Shown here one piece after another: positions 1 through 13,810 of a DNA stretch of 64,000 nt. The stretch lies in NCBI RefSeq assembly GCF_018977255.1, contig NW_024704743.1, forward strand, positions 97,094,001 to 97,158,000. The letters are read 5' to 3'. How positions within the stretch are numbered: position 1 is the first letter of the stretch; every line of letters starts with the position of its first letter. This DNA comes from Callorhinchus milii (taxonomy: Eukaryota). Under the pieces are notes generated by a model. That model was not told where the DNA came from. It searched no databases and saw only the letters and a list, made by a program, of their open reading frames with translations. The position numbers were made by a program, and so were the translations under genes.

Positions 1-2865
1 ATTGGAACGAAACAGAGGGCAGAATAGTGTATAATATTTGTTCTTACTTTGGGATTGGCCAAATGGCATTTTCTGGTCTTGTACATTCTTATAATGTTCC
101 TGTGTAAGGCTTCCCTCCAGTGTAATGCAATTTCACTTCTTTGCAATCCTTTAATCAGTAGTGGACAACTTGTGGCCTGTGGGCTGAAGTGGCCTGTGGA
201 GCTGTCAAGACTTCCCCCAAAATTCTCACTAGTCTAGGTAAATCCATGTAGTGTTTTCATTTTTTTCTTGATTAAATATTTCTTGATTTTTGCCATAAAG
301 ATTAGTCACCCTGCTCTAGTGTTCCAATTAGTCATTCCTGATAGCTCTATTATTCATTCCTGATAGCTCATCCCTTTAATCATGGGAATCATCGGCATTG
401 CTCACCTCTGTACTCTCTTCTAGTGCCCTTAAAGCCATTGTTTAGCGATAGCATAGCTCAGTGCAGAGTACTCTTTTTGATGCTCACCAACACAGAATGC
501 ATCAATTTCATTGTTACTACACTTAATAAGAGAGAGATTCCATCTGCTTTTTTCTTACTTTCATGCATCAATCTTCTATTTTGTCAAAGAGTTTTGCCCC
601 TTCGGGGATATGAGCTCTTTAAAGAACAAAATTATATTTAAAATTGAGGCTTAAAGTCAGATCTATGCATCACATTTGCAGCATGCTGTTGATGAAAACA
701 TTTGATACAGACTTTGAAATGCCATTGTTGCAATTTTGCCGGCATCTCTGTCGACAAACCCCTGTACCATATATCAGACTGCATGTAGTTGCAGGCTGCA
801 CAAAACTCTGTCTGTGGCAGTAACCAGTGCAAAGTACTTTTAATCCTACGTAAAATGAGAATGAAACAGGGTCCCATTGTTTTTTAATGGAATTTTATTC
901 ATTTTGGTAGGATGAGGTTACTCTGTTACTGTCAGTCTACATTTAGATTGTCATCTTCATGTCACTTCCAGTTAACTAAGTATCATGAGGCATGCAAAGA
1001 TGCTTGAATGGGCATGGGGAATGGTTGAAGAGTTTTTTTTAAAAGAAAGATTAATTCTGTCTTTTTCAAGATTATCATTATTTCCTCAATTGTTTTAAAG
1101 CGTTTGAGCCTGAAGGGCAAATACAATTTGCAAATGAAACTCAGTTGAAACAGCTCATATGATTAAAATGATGCAACTGGATTAAAACAAGCCATTTCGG
1201 AATTCCCTTGGTTCACAGTCTTTACAGAACATATTCAAGTGAACATCTGAATGCCTTTTGCTAATCGGCTTATCTGCAGTTTAACCAGAGGCAGTGTTTT
1301 CAACTCACTCTAAATGGACAGTGGAATTATCTCTGCAGCCTTTCACTAAATGCAAAATGTGGATTTATTTCTCAGTGAGCTTGCTGCATTGGCCTGACTT
1401 ATAACTTGTTCAGAAAGTAAGGTTCAATCTTCTGTTTTCCATTATAAAAATTGCAGGTTGAGTAAATTTGGAATAACTTCCACATTGTGTGAATGTAGTT
1501 TTCTAGTCAACAAAACACAGCACTTGTGGGAAAAGCAAAACATCTCATTTGCGCTCACCAACTGCAAGCTATGCGGTTTTAGCTGGTTAAACTCCAGCAG
1601 TATCCCAACACACACTCTGGGGTCCCCAGGCCTTTGCTCTTGCCAACCTGTGCTTTATATTCTCCGGAATTAGGTAAGCAGTTTATGTCCCTTGGGGAGA
1701 GAGTGTTCTTTGCATTCCAAAATGGGAATTTCCATACGTTGGTGGGATGCATGGAATTCTTGGGTTGCTTTGGATATTCTTAAACACGTATGGGTTTCTG
1801 CCAGTGTCAGACACTCGCTGGACCAAAAGAAAAAGTACAACTATCTTGGCTCTTGTTATATCCTCTATGTGCTGTTCAAAAAGGAGCTGTACAAAAGATG
1901 TTAATAATCCAGATCAAAGAGTATAATGGTTACTCTCCAATAATCTCCTTCTCTAGCCCAGTTTAATGGTCCACTGACACTCATAGTCTAGGCCAGAACA
2001 TGGAGAATTTCCACTTCGGTGAGGATAGATGGAATAAATGGAGAAAATTAGAAATAAGAGGATGGTAAATTCCAGTGTAAATTTTGTAAATTAAAGATGC
2101 TGAACTGGCATTGCTCATTACCTCCCTTTTCTCTTAGGAACAGTAATACTCTGGCTCTCCCAAAAGTTACGACAAATGTTTGCACCTTCACACATGTAAA
2201 TTTACTGACCTTTGTAGTACGCCCATATTATTTGCTGGCTGTATCACCTCAAAACATTTCATAAGTAAATCCTATGGAGTGGAGTAACTATTTTTGTGAG
2301 CAAACACAACAGCTATTTGCACCACCAATGTCTCACCAACAGCCATGAGGCAAATAATCAATTAATCTGGAAGAATGTTGGCCAGAACACGGGGAGAAAC
2401 TCCTTTGTCTTTCAAATAGTGTTGTGGGATCTTTAACATCAATCTGAATTGGAAGACAGGTCCCGAATTTAACTTTTCATCCAACTGTGCAGCACTCCCC
2501 CAGAACTGCACTGGAGTGCCAACCTAGAACGTGAACCAAATTGTACATAACCAAAGTGAGGAAATGTCCCAAGATGCAGACTATAAATGATTATGGTCAA
2601 GGTCAATAAATTTACCAGCCAGCAGAGATGTCCAGAAAATCACTCTCTAAAGGCAGTATACAACATGACAAAGTTTGGTTTGGGCATGGGACTTTGACTG
2701 TGAACAAATTAAGTGGGAATTTGCAATTAATCCAATGTAAATATAATAAGATTCTACCTTATAATTGAAAGCTAGTAAGTGTGAAGCAGCTATGGTAACA
2801 TGATATTTTGAATTATCTTATGTTGCTTTGTAGCAGATTCCATAACTTCTGAATGTTTTTTCAAG

Positions 2866-2957
2866 GTCTTCGTCCCAAACGCACTATACGTTTGGTCCTC
2901 TGGACTGCCGAGGAACCAGGTGGTGTTGGAGCAAGCCAGTATTATGAGTCTCATAAG
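2866..2957 (+). CDS. CPQ: Carboxypeptidase Q internal coding exon (92 bp; GLRPKRTIRLVLWTAEEPGGVGASQYYESHK)
   Basis: Peptide matches recalled vertebrate CPQ GLRPKRTLRLVLWTAEEQGGVGA, including the M28 EE motif. Acceptor ttttttcaag at 2856-2865, donor AAG|gtaatg at 2958; phase 1 in, phase 0 out. Confidence 0.96.
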
Positions 2958-5471
2958 GTAATGGATGGTAATTATTATTATGATTATAAAGAAAGCTCCC
3001 TTTATCTGGAGTTTTTTTCCCTATTTGTTGGTGTGGTTCACTTGATCATGTTTTTGTTTCTGGGTCAGAAGTTTTTGGGTTTTATAAGATCGTAATCTAG
3101 GCAGATGCTCTGGTGTTATAATGAGAATGAGTTGGATTGTTGGAGGTACTATGCTTTGAATCAGATGTTAATTTGAGGTTCTATCTCTCTAATCTGGTGA
3201 TGGATGTAAAATTCACATTGTACTATTTTGGAGACCAGTATAGGAAGCTCTCCTGCTGTCCTGACCATTGTTTAGGCTTCAGACAGATTAGCTGTGTAAA
3301 GCGTTCTGAGATATCGTTCGGCGTGGAGGGCGCAATATAAATCCAAGTTGTTGTTGTTGTTCCTCTATGATAGCTCACAAAAAAAATCTCAGATAAAATG
3401 TGCTTATTTCCAATATCGCTGTTTGTGGGATGTTGCTGCTCAGATTAGCTGTCATGATGCCTACATCCAGTTACAGCACTCCAAAGTAACCCGCTTGCCT
3501 GAATGTTTGAGATGTTTTGATGGTATTAGACATATCAATGCAACTGCTATTATGTACCATTCTTCAGCCTGGACAGCAAGCAAGCAAACTGTTCTGAGAA
3601 ACATTGTAATCTAATGATGAGGTTCTGTCACCAGATTCCGGATTTATGGAAGTACAGTAGAGTGACCAATATCTACATGAATTTGTAGAGGCCCATTGTG
3701 GATAAAAGGTCTGTGGCTCTATCTGTTTGCCTTTCTGCCTCTGTGTGTGTGAGTGCGTGTGCGTGTCTTTAAATGTTTCCGTGTGTGTCTGTGACTCTCC
3801 TGCTCCAATCTTATATTTAACTGGATTGGATCTCCAGGATTTCAACCTAAAATTCTCTTAACGTTTCATCTTGTTTGAGAAATTGAAGTGATTTCTTTAC
3901 CGCCACTATGGCCATAAGAGATTAAAGATAGACTTGGATGATTATATATCTCCAGAGATCTGGAATACTGCACCAATTGGCTAAAAATATGTGAATCCAG
4001 ACAGTCATTTGTTTCATTCAGTGACAAAAGCTTTGGTACCTGTCATCCAGCAATGTATTTCTGAGTGGATGGGGGAATGAATGTCTTTGTGGTACTTACT
4101 GACAGTTCATCCACAAGATAAAGTGAAAGCTTCTTCCCTTTGAATTTATAGCCCCTTCATTGGCAACATCAAAAGACTTGCTTTAGGCTCTTGTTGTGAA
4201 GTGACCATCTGGAGCAATCCTCACACCTTTACTAAACACTATTGTCTTCTTTCATTTTCCCCTTCAATTTTCTCCCACTGCTAACTCATTACTGCGGAAC
4301 AATTCCACAAGCATTATTTGCTCTGTGGCCATGATTCACTGTGTGAACCCAGGCAGTGAGTGTCAGAACACCATTCAACCTTTGGGGGCATTAGAACTAA
4401 ACTTGTTGCTTTCCTTAACCAGTCGCACACACATGCATTTTCCAGTAAGGGTTATTGGATAGCAGTCAAGATCTAATTTACATGCGATCCAAACAGGAAC
4501 CCTGGCTCATGTCTTGCTTCCCTAATACAGGAGTCCTGAGGCCTATTGTAGTGCCTCTATTACCATAGTTTGCTCAGCACAAACCATCGTTTAGATCTGA
4601 GACTGGTGTGGCTCAGTTTCACACTAAGTAGTCAGAAATTAAAGAATTTTGATGAATTGGATTAACATGTAAATCAAACGAAATGCCCGGCCCCGATTGA
4701 TTTGTATTCTTACCTGTTTTAAATATTCCGGTTCATTTGGACAAGAATCTGGTTAGTCCAGTCAAAATGCCGCGCTGCACTTACTCACTCAGGCATTCTG
4801 TGTGTCCAGTGGCTCCATTCAGCCATGAGGGGCTCCCGCAAGTAAAAGGGAGGAGTCAAATTGCGATTGACAGTGGACTCCAGCCATTCACAACCAGCTG
4901 GAGTTGGGCTGTCAATCAGTGAGGGGGCGGAGGAACAGGGAAGAACAAGGAAGTGAAATTGCGATTGATTGACAGCTGAGCCTCTTGTCATTGGCTGGAG
5001 CCCAAACATTCACAAGTGACTGCCGGCTGTCAATCACCTCAGCGCCACCGCTAATTGGTCCCCTTCCCGTCCAAATGGAAGGGCAATGGGAGGGAGGCGG
5101 CACCGCTGCTCCTCTGCTGGGCGGACACTGCTGCACTCTCAGTTGCAGCCAAACAAAGATAAATATATTTTACTGAATTGTGTGCAAGTGTTTGAAGTTT
5201 AACTGCTTAGTTATCATTGCTTCAAGTGAAACAACATTATTACCTATTATTATATGGGGTTTGCGTCCATCTCTGATGTGTCCGGTTTAACTGACTTCCA
5301 CTGTATTTGTCAGTGTGTGTGTATGATTGTGTTTGTGTATGTGCAGGGGGTGGGGGTAATATGATAATAGGGGAAGATCACATGACATGGAGAACACATC
5401 AGACAGTGTAAAATTCCAGGACAGTTATTGGAGTCAATTTAGTAATACATTTATCATATGGGACATCAAAT

Positions 5472-5795
5472 GTAATAATAATAATAATAATAATAATCCT
5501 TGCATTTGATATAGCGCTTTTCATGTCAGGAGGACATCCCAAAGCGCTTCACAGAACACTAAAGTGAATTGACTGTATATTTGTGGGCGAACGCGGCAGT
5601 CAATTGCGCACAGCAATGTCCCACAAACAGTCGTAGATTGAAAATGACCAATTTATTATTGGTTTTGGTTTTGGAGGGATTATTATTAGGCGTGTGGAGT
5701 AAGGAAACTTGCCCAAGGTTTCGCCCTGCCTGGAATTGAACTCAGGTCTCTCGCTTGCAAAGTCGAGTGCTCTAACCATTGAGCTACAGGACTCC
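5472..5795 (-). mobile_element. tRNA-derived SINE, short variant, with L2-type tail
   Basis: Head ggagtcctgtagctcaatggttagagcac...gagttcaattcc (A and B boxes), central tgtgggacattgctgtgcgcaatt, L2-like stem-loop and (ATT)n tail. Confidence 0.92.
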
Positions 5796-6269
5796 TGAAT
5801 GTACCAGAACATGTAGGAAGTGAACCCTGATATCCTTCTCCATTGGTGACATTTGTGAAACCAGATCCACAGTATTGGACTCTCTTGACTGTCAACTAAT
5901 TCCTACTGAGAAACGCAGAGTGAGTGGCCCGTCTCCATATATCAGGATATGTTCAATACGATAAATATTGAATGTACTTCAAAATTTAATGCACTGGGAT
6001 CTATAATTGACAATATGCAGATGCTGACCATTAAAAACAGCAATATTTGAAATGTGTGCTTATACTGGAATTTCCATATTTTCACTGCTTTTGTTTGATT
6101 GGCACTTCAAAGACTCCACTGACCCGGTGGTTTCAGCCTCATGGACAATGGGTCTAGCACAACAGATTGGATTTCAAGATCCTCACACTTGTTTTCAAAT
6201 CGCTTCATGCCCTGGCATCACCCTAACTCTCTGACCTACTTAGCCCACAACCCAAAACTGCCTCTGTTC

Positions 6270-6546
6270 GACTGGCTCCAGCCTCCTGCATGTCCCTCAT
6301 GCCCTCCGTTCCACCATTGGTGTCCGCACTTTCAGCCACTGTGCCCCGAAACTCTGGAACACCCTTCGTCTATCCCTCCACTTTGCCCCTTCCTTCCCCA
6401 TCTTCAGATCGTACCTAAAGACCTTCCTAATTGACCATACCTAAGGTCACCTCCCCTTACACTGGCTTGTCGTCGTGCTCCACCACTGTCAAGTACTCTG
6501 GAACTCTTTCCTGTGTGTGGCGTGCTATATAAATGCAAGTTGTTGT
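6270..6546 (+). mobile_element. Old L2 3' fragment
   Basis: cgcactttcagccactgtgccccgaaactctggaacac...gctatataaatgcaagttgttg. Confidence 0.72.
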
Positions 6547-9100
6547 AGTTTCACAAGGTTGCATTCAAAGAACAATAAAGATAATTGTAAAGGTAGACCA
6601 TCTGGCTGCCTTGGATACTGGTCGGTAACAGACACCAGAATATCAATATTGTCAATTGACTCGTGTTTCATCATTTGTAATTGAAGGCCACCTCCTGACC
6701 AGAGAACGGTCATTACACTTACATTTTAATAAGAGAATTTCTATTTTGGGGTGTCAGAGATTTGCAGATGCATGAAATATGTTTAGTTGCATTAGGAGAA
6801 ATCTTACAGGGATGAAGTATTTCACATCAAGTGCAAATGGGTCGGAACATTTCCCAGAGCTTGTAGAGTATTTAGGAACAAGTGAAATGCAATTGATTTT
6901 ATTTAATATAAGTCTGACATTAAACATTTTACAGAATCAGGACTGTGAGGCAGCTGGGAAATGCAATCTTCTGCAATTGCCCTGAAGGGTCTGGATTTCA
7001 AAAGACTTAATTTTACCATAATTTTGCAGAGGCAATGCTTGGCTTCCCTTTCCAACTATTTGTACGATATCACGAGTTTTTCTATCTAGATGATCTACAA
7101 ATTTTAACTGGTTACTTCAAAATAACTGGATGGACGAATCACCTATTTACTACTTAATAGGTTTCATTTCAATCAAATCTTGAAAAATAACCGTTTCCGA
7201 GTTCAGGAATAACCTACAAGTTTAGTAAAGGACTGCAGTAAAGTTGCCAACACTGAATTTCAGCTGTAAACAACAACAACAATAATCACTAAGAGATTGC
7301 TTTCAACACCTGTGCCATGGTTAGATTCAAACTCAGGCCCTTTGATACATGTAAAATAAAGGAGCATTGAATTACATTTTAGTCATTGCACCTAACACTC
7401 TACCACCACAAAACCAAGGCCATTGATCAAGATTAATGCCTTCTTATTACAGTACTCAATCACCACTTGGGGAAAATAACAGAAACCTATATAAAAAAAG
7501 GAATAAAATTAATTATAGCAACACAGACAATTTTGCAATTAAATATATGGTTTTTTTTATCCTTATTATTTCTTTCCCCACTTCAACCACATTCCAGTCA
7601 TGAAGGCATCATTGTGATTGCTCACATGGTGGAGTGATTAATGTTACGAAGCAAGCAATAAGGAAAACAAGATTCAGGATAGGTTTTGCTCGCAGAAGAA
7701 GCAATTTGCAATGGAATGTCGCCAGAAGCAAAACTGATCACCTTCAAAAGATAATTAAATTCAAGTGCTGCTTTACACTGGCATCATTTGCCCACAAGCA
7801 TGGGGGACACCAGACTTGATTTAAGCAGCACTGTGTTTTCCCACAGCATGTTGTCTGATGATTGAATGATGCTTAACTAGTGTCATGGGAGTGAGAATCT
7901 GAATGCCTTTCATCATCTGTTTTTTTAAAAAAGTCATTTGTGGTCAGCAGAACACAATTCAGGCAGGTCCCCTGACAGCAATTGACTGTGTGTGGTTGAC
8001 TTAAATGAACTCATTCCAAAGCTAAATGATTAAAGCATCTAAAGAGTTCTATGGAGGCAACACTGCTGAAGCCTGGACATGGCATTCTACACGGCATTCC
8101 CCTGTGGCGCACATGGAGTTGCAGGACTTTCAGCAAGGACCTGAGCTCTCATTAAAGTCAAAGTCTCACAATGCTGTATGACATCCAAGGGATTCTTTGG
8201 AGGAAATGCTGTTTATATCGCACTCAGTGATGGCGTGGCCACCACACTCTTTAACTGCCCACATTAAACAAAATGCTTGCAAGTAAATGTTACTGAGCAT
8301 AATAACAATGGTCCTTGTATTTGCTGTAACACCTTATCATGTTGTCAGTGTCTCAAAGTGCCTCACAGGATTTACTGTAAAGTCAGTGACTGTGTATATG
8401 CTTTTAAAAATGGCTTCCAGACTTAATTTAAAAATTCTGTGCAATCTTACATTTTAAGACAATGATCTTAAGGTTAAAACTCAGAGAAATTTGGGGCCTG
8501 TGGCTTGATGCCATAGTGGCACATCTGCAATCAAGGAATTGTGCAGACATATCTGTGGCCAGTCACTCACTGACACCTGCACTGAAGTTCCGTCCATGCA
8601 TTTTGCACTCTTCACTGGTCAGACACAGTGTTGTTGGTGTACGTCCCATACTCACCCGAGTGACCCCGGAAGATTCATGCCCATATTGTCACTCTGGTTA
8701 TAGTCACTGAGCTCTTTTTACTTGGAGTGACGATATATCAAGAGTTTACTGTGTGCTATGTAATACAACTATTACATATTTACATCCAAGATGTACCTCT
8801 TTGACCATGCTTTCGTTCATCTTTCTCCTCTCCACGCTTCTTGGCTCACATCCCAGCTCAGGTGCCCAGAGGCAGCGTTAAACTTTTTAAACTCCTCCCG
8901 ACGTGAAAGGCGCTCTATAAATGTAAATTTTTATTGTATTGTATGTAGAATAAATTTCTGATAACTCGTCATTCCAAGGAAAAGAGGTCAGTGATGAGTT
9001 ATCCAGAGTGGCAAGTTAGGCATATGCATAAATACATAAATAAATGTAGCTGAAATATTGACAGTATGATGACTTAAGTGGTAGTGACAAGTCAAACAAG

Positions 9101-9417
9101 TAATAATAATAATAATCCTTGCATTCGATGTAGCGCTTTTCATGTCTTCTAGACATCTCAAAGCGCTTCACCGAATAGACTGAAAAGTGAATTGACTGTA
9201 TATTTGTGAGCGAAACTCGGCAACCAATTGCGCACAGCAGTGTCCCATAAACAGTTGTGGATTGAAGTGACCAATTTATCATTATTTTGTTTTGGAGGGA
9301 TTATTATTAGGTGTGTGGAGTAAGGAAACTTGCCCAAGGTTTCGCCCTGCCTGGAATTGAACTCCGGTCTCTCGCTTGCAAAGCGAGTGCTCTAACCACT
9401 GAGCTACAGGACTCCAC
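9101..9417 (-). mobile_element. tRNA-derived SINE, short variant
   Basis: Full-length homologue of 5472-5795. Confidence 0.92.
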
Positions 9418-10027
9418 ATTTAGAGAGGGATACCAGGCCACTTTGGTGTTCATACCCCACACAAGCCCCCACTACCCCCTCACTCGCATACACAGCAAGT
9501 TTTCTGCTAAATACTGTACATTGAAGCTATTTACTTCACCCATGAATGCGACACAGACGGACTCCTGTGTGTACCAGTGTCGACTTGACAATTTCAGAAA
9601 GAATAATATCGACTTGTCAAGTAACACAGTAAGACAGGCCATTTAATCACAGTGCATTCCATCGAGAGCGTCAGAAAGAGAGAATTACACACCAAGTGTC
9701 TGACAACAACCTCGGCCTGTGTGTTTGTGTATGTGTATGGGGGGGTGGGGGGGAACGGGGGAGAGGAGGTACAATGGTCCAGTCACCCAGCTTGGAGCAG
9801 AATCCTTCCTGATGAGACAACAGCTTCTCAGCCATGGCTACCGGATGCTGAGCTCTCCATTGGCTTCATCTGGGACACGTGTCTAGTTATTAGGAGTTTA
9901 GTGTATTCCATAGCATGTATTACATTAGATTCAATAATTGTAGAACTGACAGTAACCAAAAACAAAAGTAAAATCTCATCCATACAAATCAAAGCGAATA
10001 ATCAATTTGAAATATTAAAATTACAAT

Positions 10028-10331
10028 ATAATAATAATCCTTGCATTTGATATAGCGCTTTATCACATCTTCTAGATGTCTCAAAGCGCTTCACAGAATA
10101 TACTGTAAAGTGAATTGACTGTATGTTTGTGGGTGAAATGTGGAAGCCAATTCCACACAGAAGTGTCCCACAACAGTCGTGGTTTGAAGTACCAATTTTA
10201 TTATTTTTTTTGAAGGATTATAATTAGGCATATGGAGTAAGGAAACTCGCCCAAGGTTTTGCCCTGCCGGGAATCAAACCCAGATCTCTCGCTTGCGAGG
10301 CGAGCGCTCTAACCACTGAGCTACAGGACTC
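10028..10331 (-). mobile_element. tRNA-derived SINE, short variant
   Basis: Full-length homologue, about 150 bp upstream of a CPQ exon. Confidence 0.9.
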
Positions 10332-10478
10332 GAAGTTAATGCCAGCATAGCAAAATATGTGTGCTTTGAGTCAAGTAATTTATTTGTTCTGATGATGAAG
10401 AATGAGCTTGTCATCTTTGACTAGAAAAGTTAATTGCTCAAGATAAGAGCTAATTTGTTTTTTTCTTTCCTCCGTTAG

Positions 10479-10680
10479 GCAGACCTGCCAAACTTTAATC
10501 TGGTGATGGAATCGGATAGTGGAACGTTTACCCCATTTGGCCTGAGGTTTACCGGCACCAACCAATCCCGGGCCATCATGAAGGAGATTATGAAGCTGCT
10601 ACAGCCGATTAACGCCACAGCTTTGTACGAAAATGGGGGAGGTACCGACATCGATTACTGGATAAATGCTGGTGTGCCAG
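10479..10680 (+). CDS. CPQ: Carboxypeptidase Q penultimate coding exon (202 bp; ADLPNFNLVMESDSGTFTPFGLRFTG...GTDIDYWINAGVPG)
   Basis: Polypyrimidine tract plus ttag acceptor ending 10478; donor CAG|gtgaga at 10681. Contains the LVMESD metal-ligand motif and GTDI..W...GVPG typical of CPQ. Phases fit both neighbouring exons. Confidence 0.96.
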
Positions 10681-12459
10681 GTGAGATACGAGAAAGGAAT
10701 GCAATAAATAGTGCACAAAATCCGGTGAGGTCTAATTTGTTTTTTATTTTAATGTGGAATTTTCTATAAGCAATCTCATTCAAATTCCCTTAGAAGCATC
10801 GCTAAAAAGTATATCAGGTTGGTGCTGAGTCCCTGCGATTCAGAGTGACATTCAAGCACTCCGGGACACTACCCTGCGTGAAGGGCACTATATAAATGCA
10901 AGTTGTTATTAACATTATTCCAGCACCTGGCAAAGTACCCACTTGCACAATTTCCTTAACAAGGAAATTTTATAAATATGCTGTAATTTAAACCCCATTA
11001 TTTATTCAATGTTGTGTTTTAGTGAAGAAGAAAACTGTAATCAGTAGTGTATAGCAAACAATACAATAACTGCTTCATGGTAGTCAGGTAATTGGAATCA
11101 TCTTCCAGCAACGTAAATCAACTAAAAGCCTTTTCCCAGTCACACAGTGAAGATCACTTATTAAATAGGAGTCTTAAATAACATCTCTTTATCTTTACTG
11201 TGTGATAACCTTAAAACTAGAATTATGGCCGCCTTCACTTATTACCTTAAATCTCACTTATTCAGAAGCTTTATGGCAATTTTCCATAATTATAGTTCGA
11301 TGTATCCATCTTTTTTATTTTCCATGGGATGAACAATAGTATACTTGGCAATCCATTATGTATTGTTTTGAAGATGGGTTGGACAAGGTTATTGAGCTAC
11401 ATGATCTGTGATTCCCTGTCAAGGAAGCAATATTCCATGAACTGTCTGGCTTATAGGGTTAACAGGAGCTGAGTGGGTAGAGTCGCTGCTCACAGTGACT
11501 GTTCTGCTGCTCCAAGTCCTTCTGATGAGGCAGCCTGGCTGTTCCGTCATCAGCAATGACCTGGAGTAATTGCCGTAATATTATAGAACACGTAAAGTAT
11601 TAATTGACAGCTACCGTTGATCACAAGCTCAAGTTGGCTTCATAGAAGATAAGAAAAGCCAGAAGGAATCTAAATGTGATAATAAAATTGTACTTAATGT
11701 CTTAATGAAGTGGTATTCAGCGCTCTGGGACATCCTCCCGATGTGAAAGGTGCTGTATAAATGTAAATTTGAATTATATTGCACTTCGATATCAGACATT
11801 TTTTCATGCTTCATTGTAACAGTCTGTGAGATACTGGACCAGGTGTTATAATGGGGTTGCCTTGTAGTAACTTTTCGGAGTTGGTAACATGTGGCCACAA
11901 TGACTTGTAGCAACTCTGCTTTTGGAGAAGAGCATCTACTATTGGAGAAGAGCTCCTGTGGATCTGCGGAGATTAAGAAATGCAGTGAAATAGATACTAA
12001 CAATGAAAGAACAGGTTATTGAGATGTATCACTCTCTAATTCCCACTCCCTTCCTCCTCTCTTGAAGGCATTCACTTTGTTTGGGGTATAGTTTCATAGG
12101 CATGAGACACCTTCCCAACTTTAAAGGAGAATTAAAGTGAGGATTTCATGGTGCTTATCAGTGATAGTTTATCTCAGACAGCTTGTGAAGCAGGGTGTTA
12201 AATTAGGTGTACAGAAGCTGTATTAACAAGTTTACCGGATTGAATTGCAACACTGTATTTCTCATTGTCTCACACTTGAGTTCCAGTAGTCATAGTAGTG
12301 ACCTTTGATGCTATAATAATACCCAGTATAACATGGAAATAACAAACACTGGAGAGGAAATGGAATGGCAATTGTATAAAACAAAAGAGAAATAGTGGTG
12401 GTTTCCAGATAACTTTAAAGAATGTAGTTTACGTAGACAAATAGAAGCTATTGAACATA

Positions 12460-12770
12460 TTTACATAGAATTGTGTGTAACACCAAAATAAGTTACTTGA
12501 CCCAACTGCCAGTGTTTATGTTCCTCATGAACTTCCATGATTCCTTTACCCTTTCCCTAACCCCCTCCCATACCCCCGAGTCCCTTCTTTCTTCTTAAAT
12601 GTTTTGATGTTTTCTGTTTTAACTACAGCTTCTGATTGTGAGTTCCACATTCTCACCATCCTATGTAAAAAGACGTTCCTCCTGGATTCCCTTTTAAATC
12701 TGCCCCTGGCTATCTTATCTTTATAATCCCTGGTTATGGATTCACCAACAAGTGGAAAAAGCTTGTCTTC
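12460..12770 (-). mobile_element. Old CR1 3' fragment
   Basis: ORF 12546-12788: LFPLVGESITRD...HRMVRMWNS. Confidence 0.75.
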
Positions 12771-12980
12771 CTGTATACCTGTATTCACTTATTACATTTC
12801 TCACATGTTCTGTCACTTTGAGAGTTATTAGATTTCTCTCACTGTGCAATAAACTTTTGTAATATTTGCTCTGTGTTATACACATCAATCATAGCTCACT
12901 CTGTGTTATCTCAGACACATGTGGAGTCCTGTAGCTCAGTGGTTAGAGCACTTTCCTGGGCAGAGCAAAACATTGGGCAA

Positions 12981-13810
12981 CATAGAAACATAGGAATTAG
13001 GAGCAGGATTAGACCATTCGGCCCCTTGAGCCTGCCCCGCCATTGAATAAGATCATGGCTGATCTTCTAACCTAACTCCATCTGCCCGCCTTATCCCCAT
13101 ATTCCTTAATCCCTCTATCCTTTAGAAATCTATCAATCTCAGTCTTGAATATGTCCGAGGACTGAGCATCTATAGCCTTCTGGGGTAGAGAATTCCATAA
13201 ATTCACTACTTTCTGAGTGAAGAAGTGTTTCCTCAACTCTGTTCGAAAGGGCTGTCCCTTAATCTGAAGACTGTGACCCCTAGTTATAGATTCTCCTACC
13301 AGGGGAAACAGTCTCACACTGTCTACTCTGTCAAGCCCCATAAGAATCTTATATATTTCTATAAGATCACCCCTAATTCTTCTATATTCTAGAGAATATA
13401 GGCCTAGTTTACTCAACCTATCCTCATAGGTAAACTCCGTCATGCCAGGAACTAACCTAGTGAATCTACGCTGCAGCCCCTCTAAGGTGAGTATGTCCTT
13501 TCCTAAATAAGGATACCAAAACTGCACACAATATTCTAGGTGCGGTCTCACCAAGGCCCTATACAGTTGCAGCAAGACTTCCCTACTGTTGTATTCTAAC
13601 CCTTTTGCAATAAATGCCAACATGCCATTAGCCTTCCTAGTTGCTTGCTGTACCTGCATACTAACTTTTTGTGACTGGTGTACAAGGACACCCAAATCTC
13701 TCTAAACACTAACACTACTTAGTCTCTGCCCCTCTAGAAAATAATCTGCTTTTCTGTTTTACTGCCTAGGTGAATAACTTCACAATTCCCCACATTATAT
13801 TCCATATACC
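12981..13810 (-). mobile_element. CR1 LINE 3' part (split by the L2 at 13811-14725)
   Basis: ORF 13072-13695 contains LYRALVRPHLEYCVQFW and TRGHSLQ...FFTQKVVNLWNSLP, the canonical CR1 ORF2 end. Tail repeat catagaaacatagg. Confidence 0.93.

Noticed and set aside
9340..9417. tRNA gene (Ala-like, TGC)
   Set aside because: It is the head of a multi-copy SINE, continuous with body and tail, and has no proper acceptor stem or terminator.
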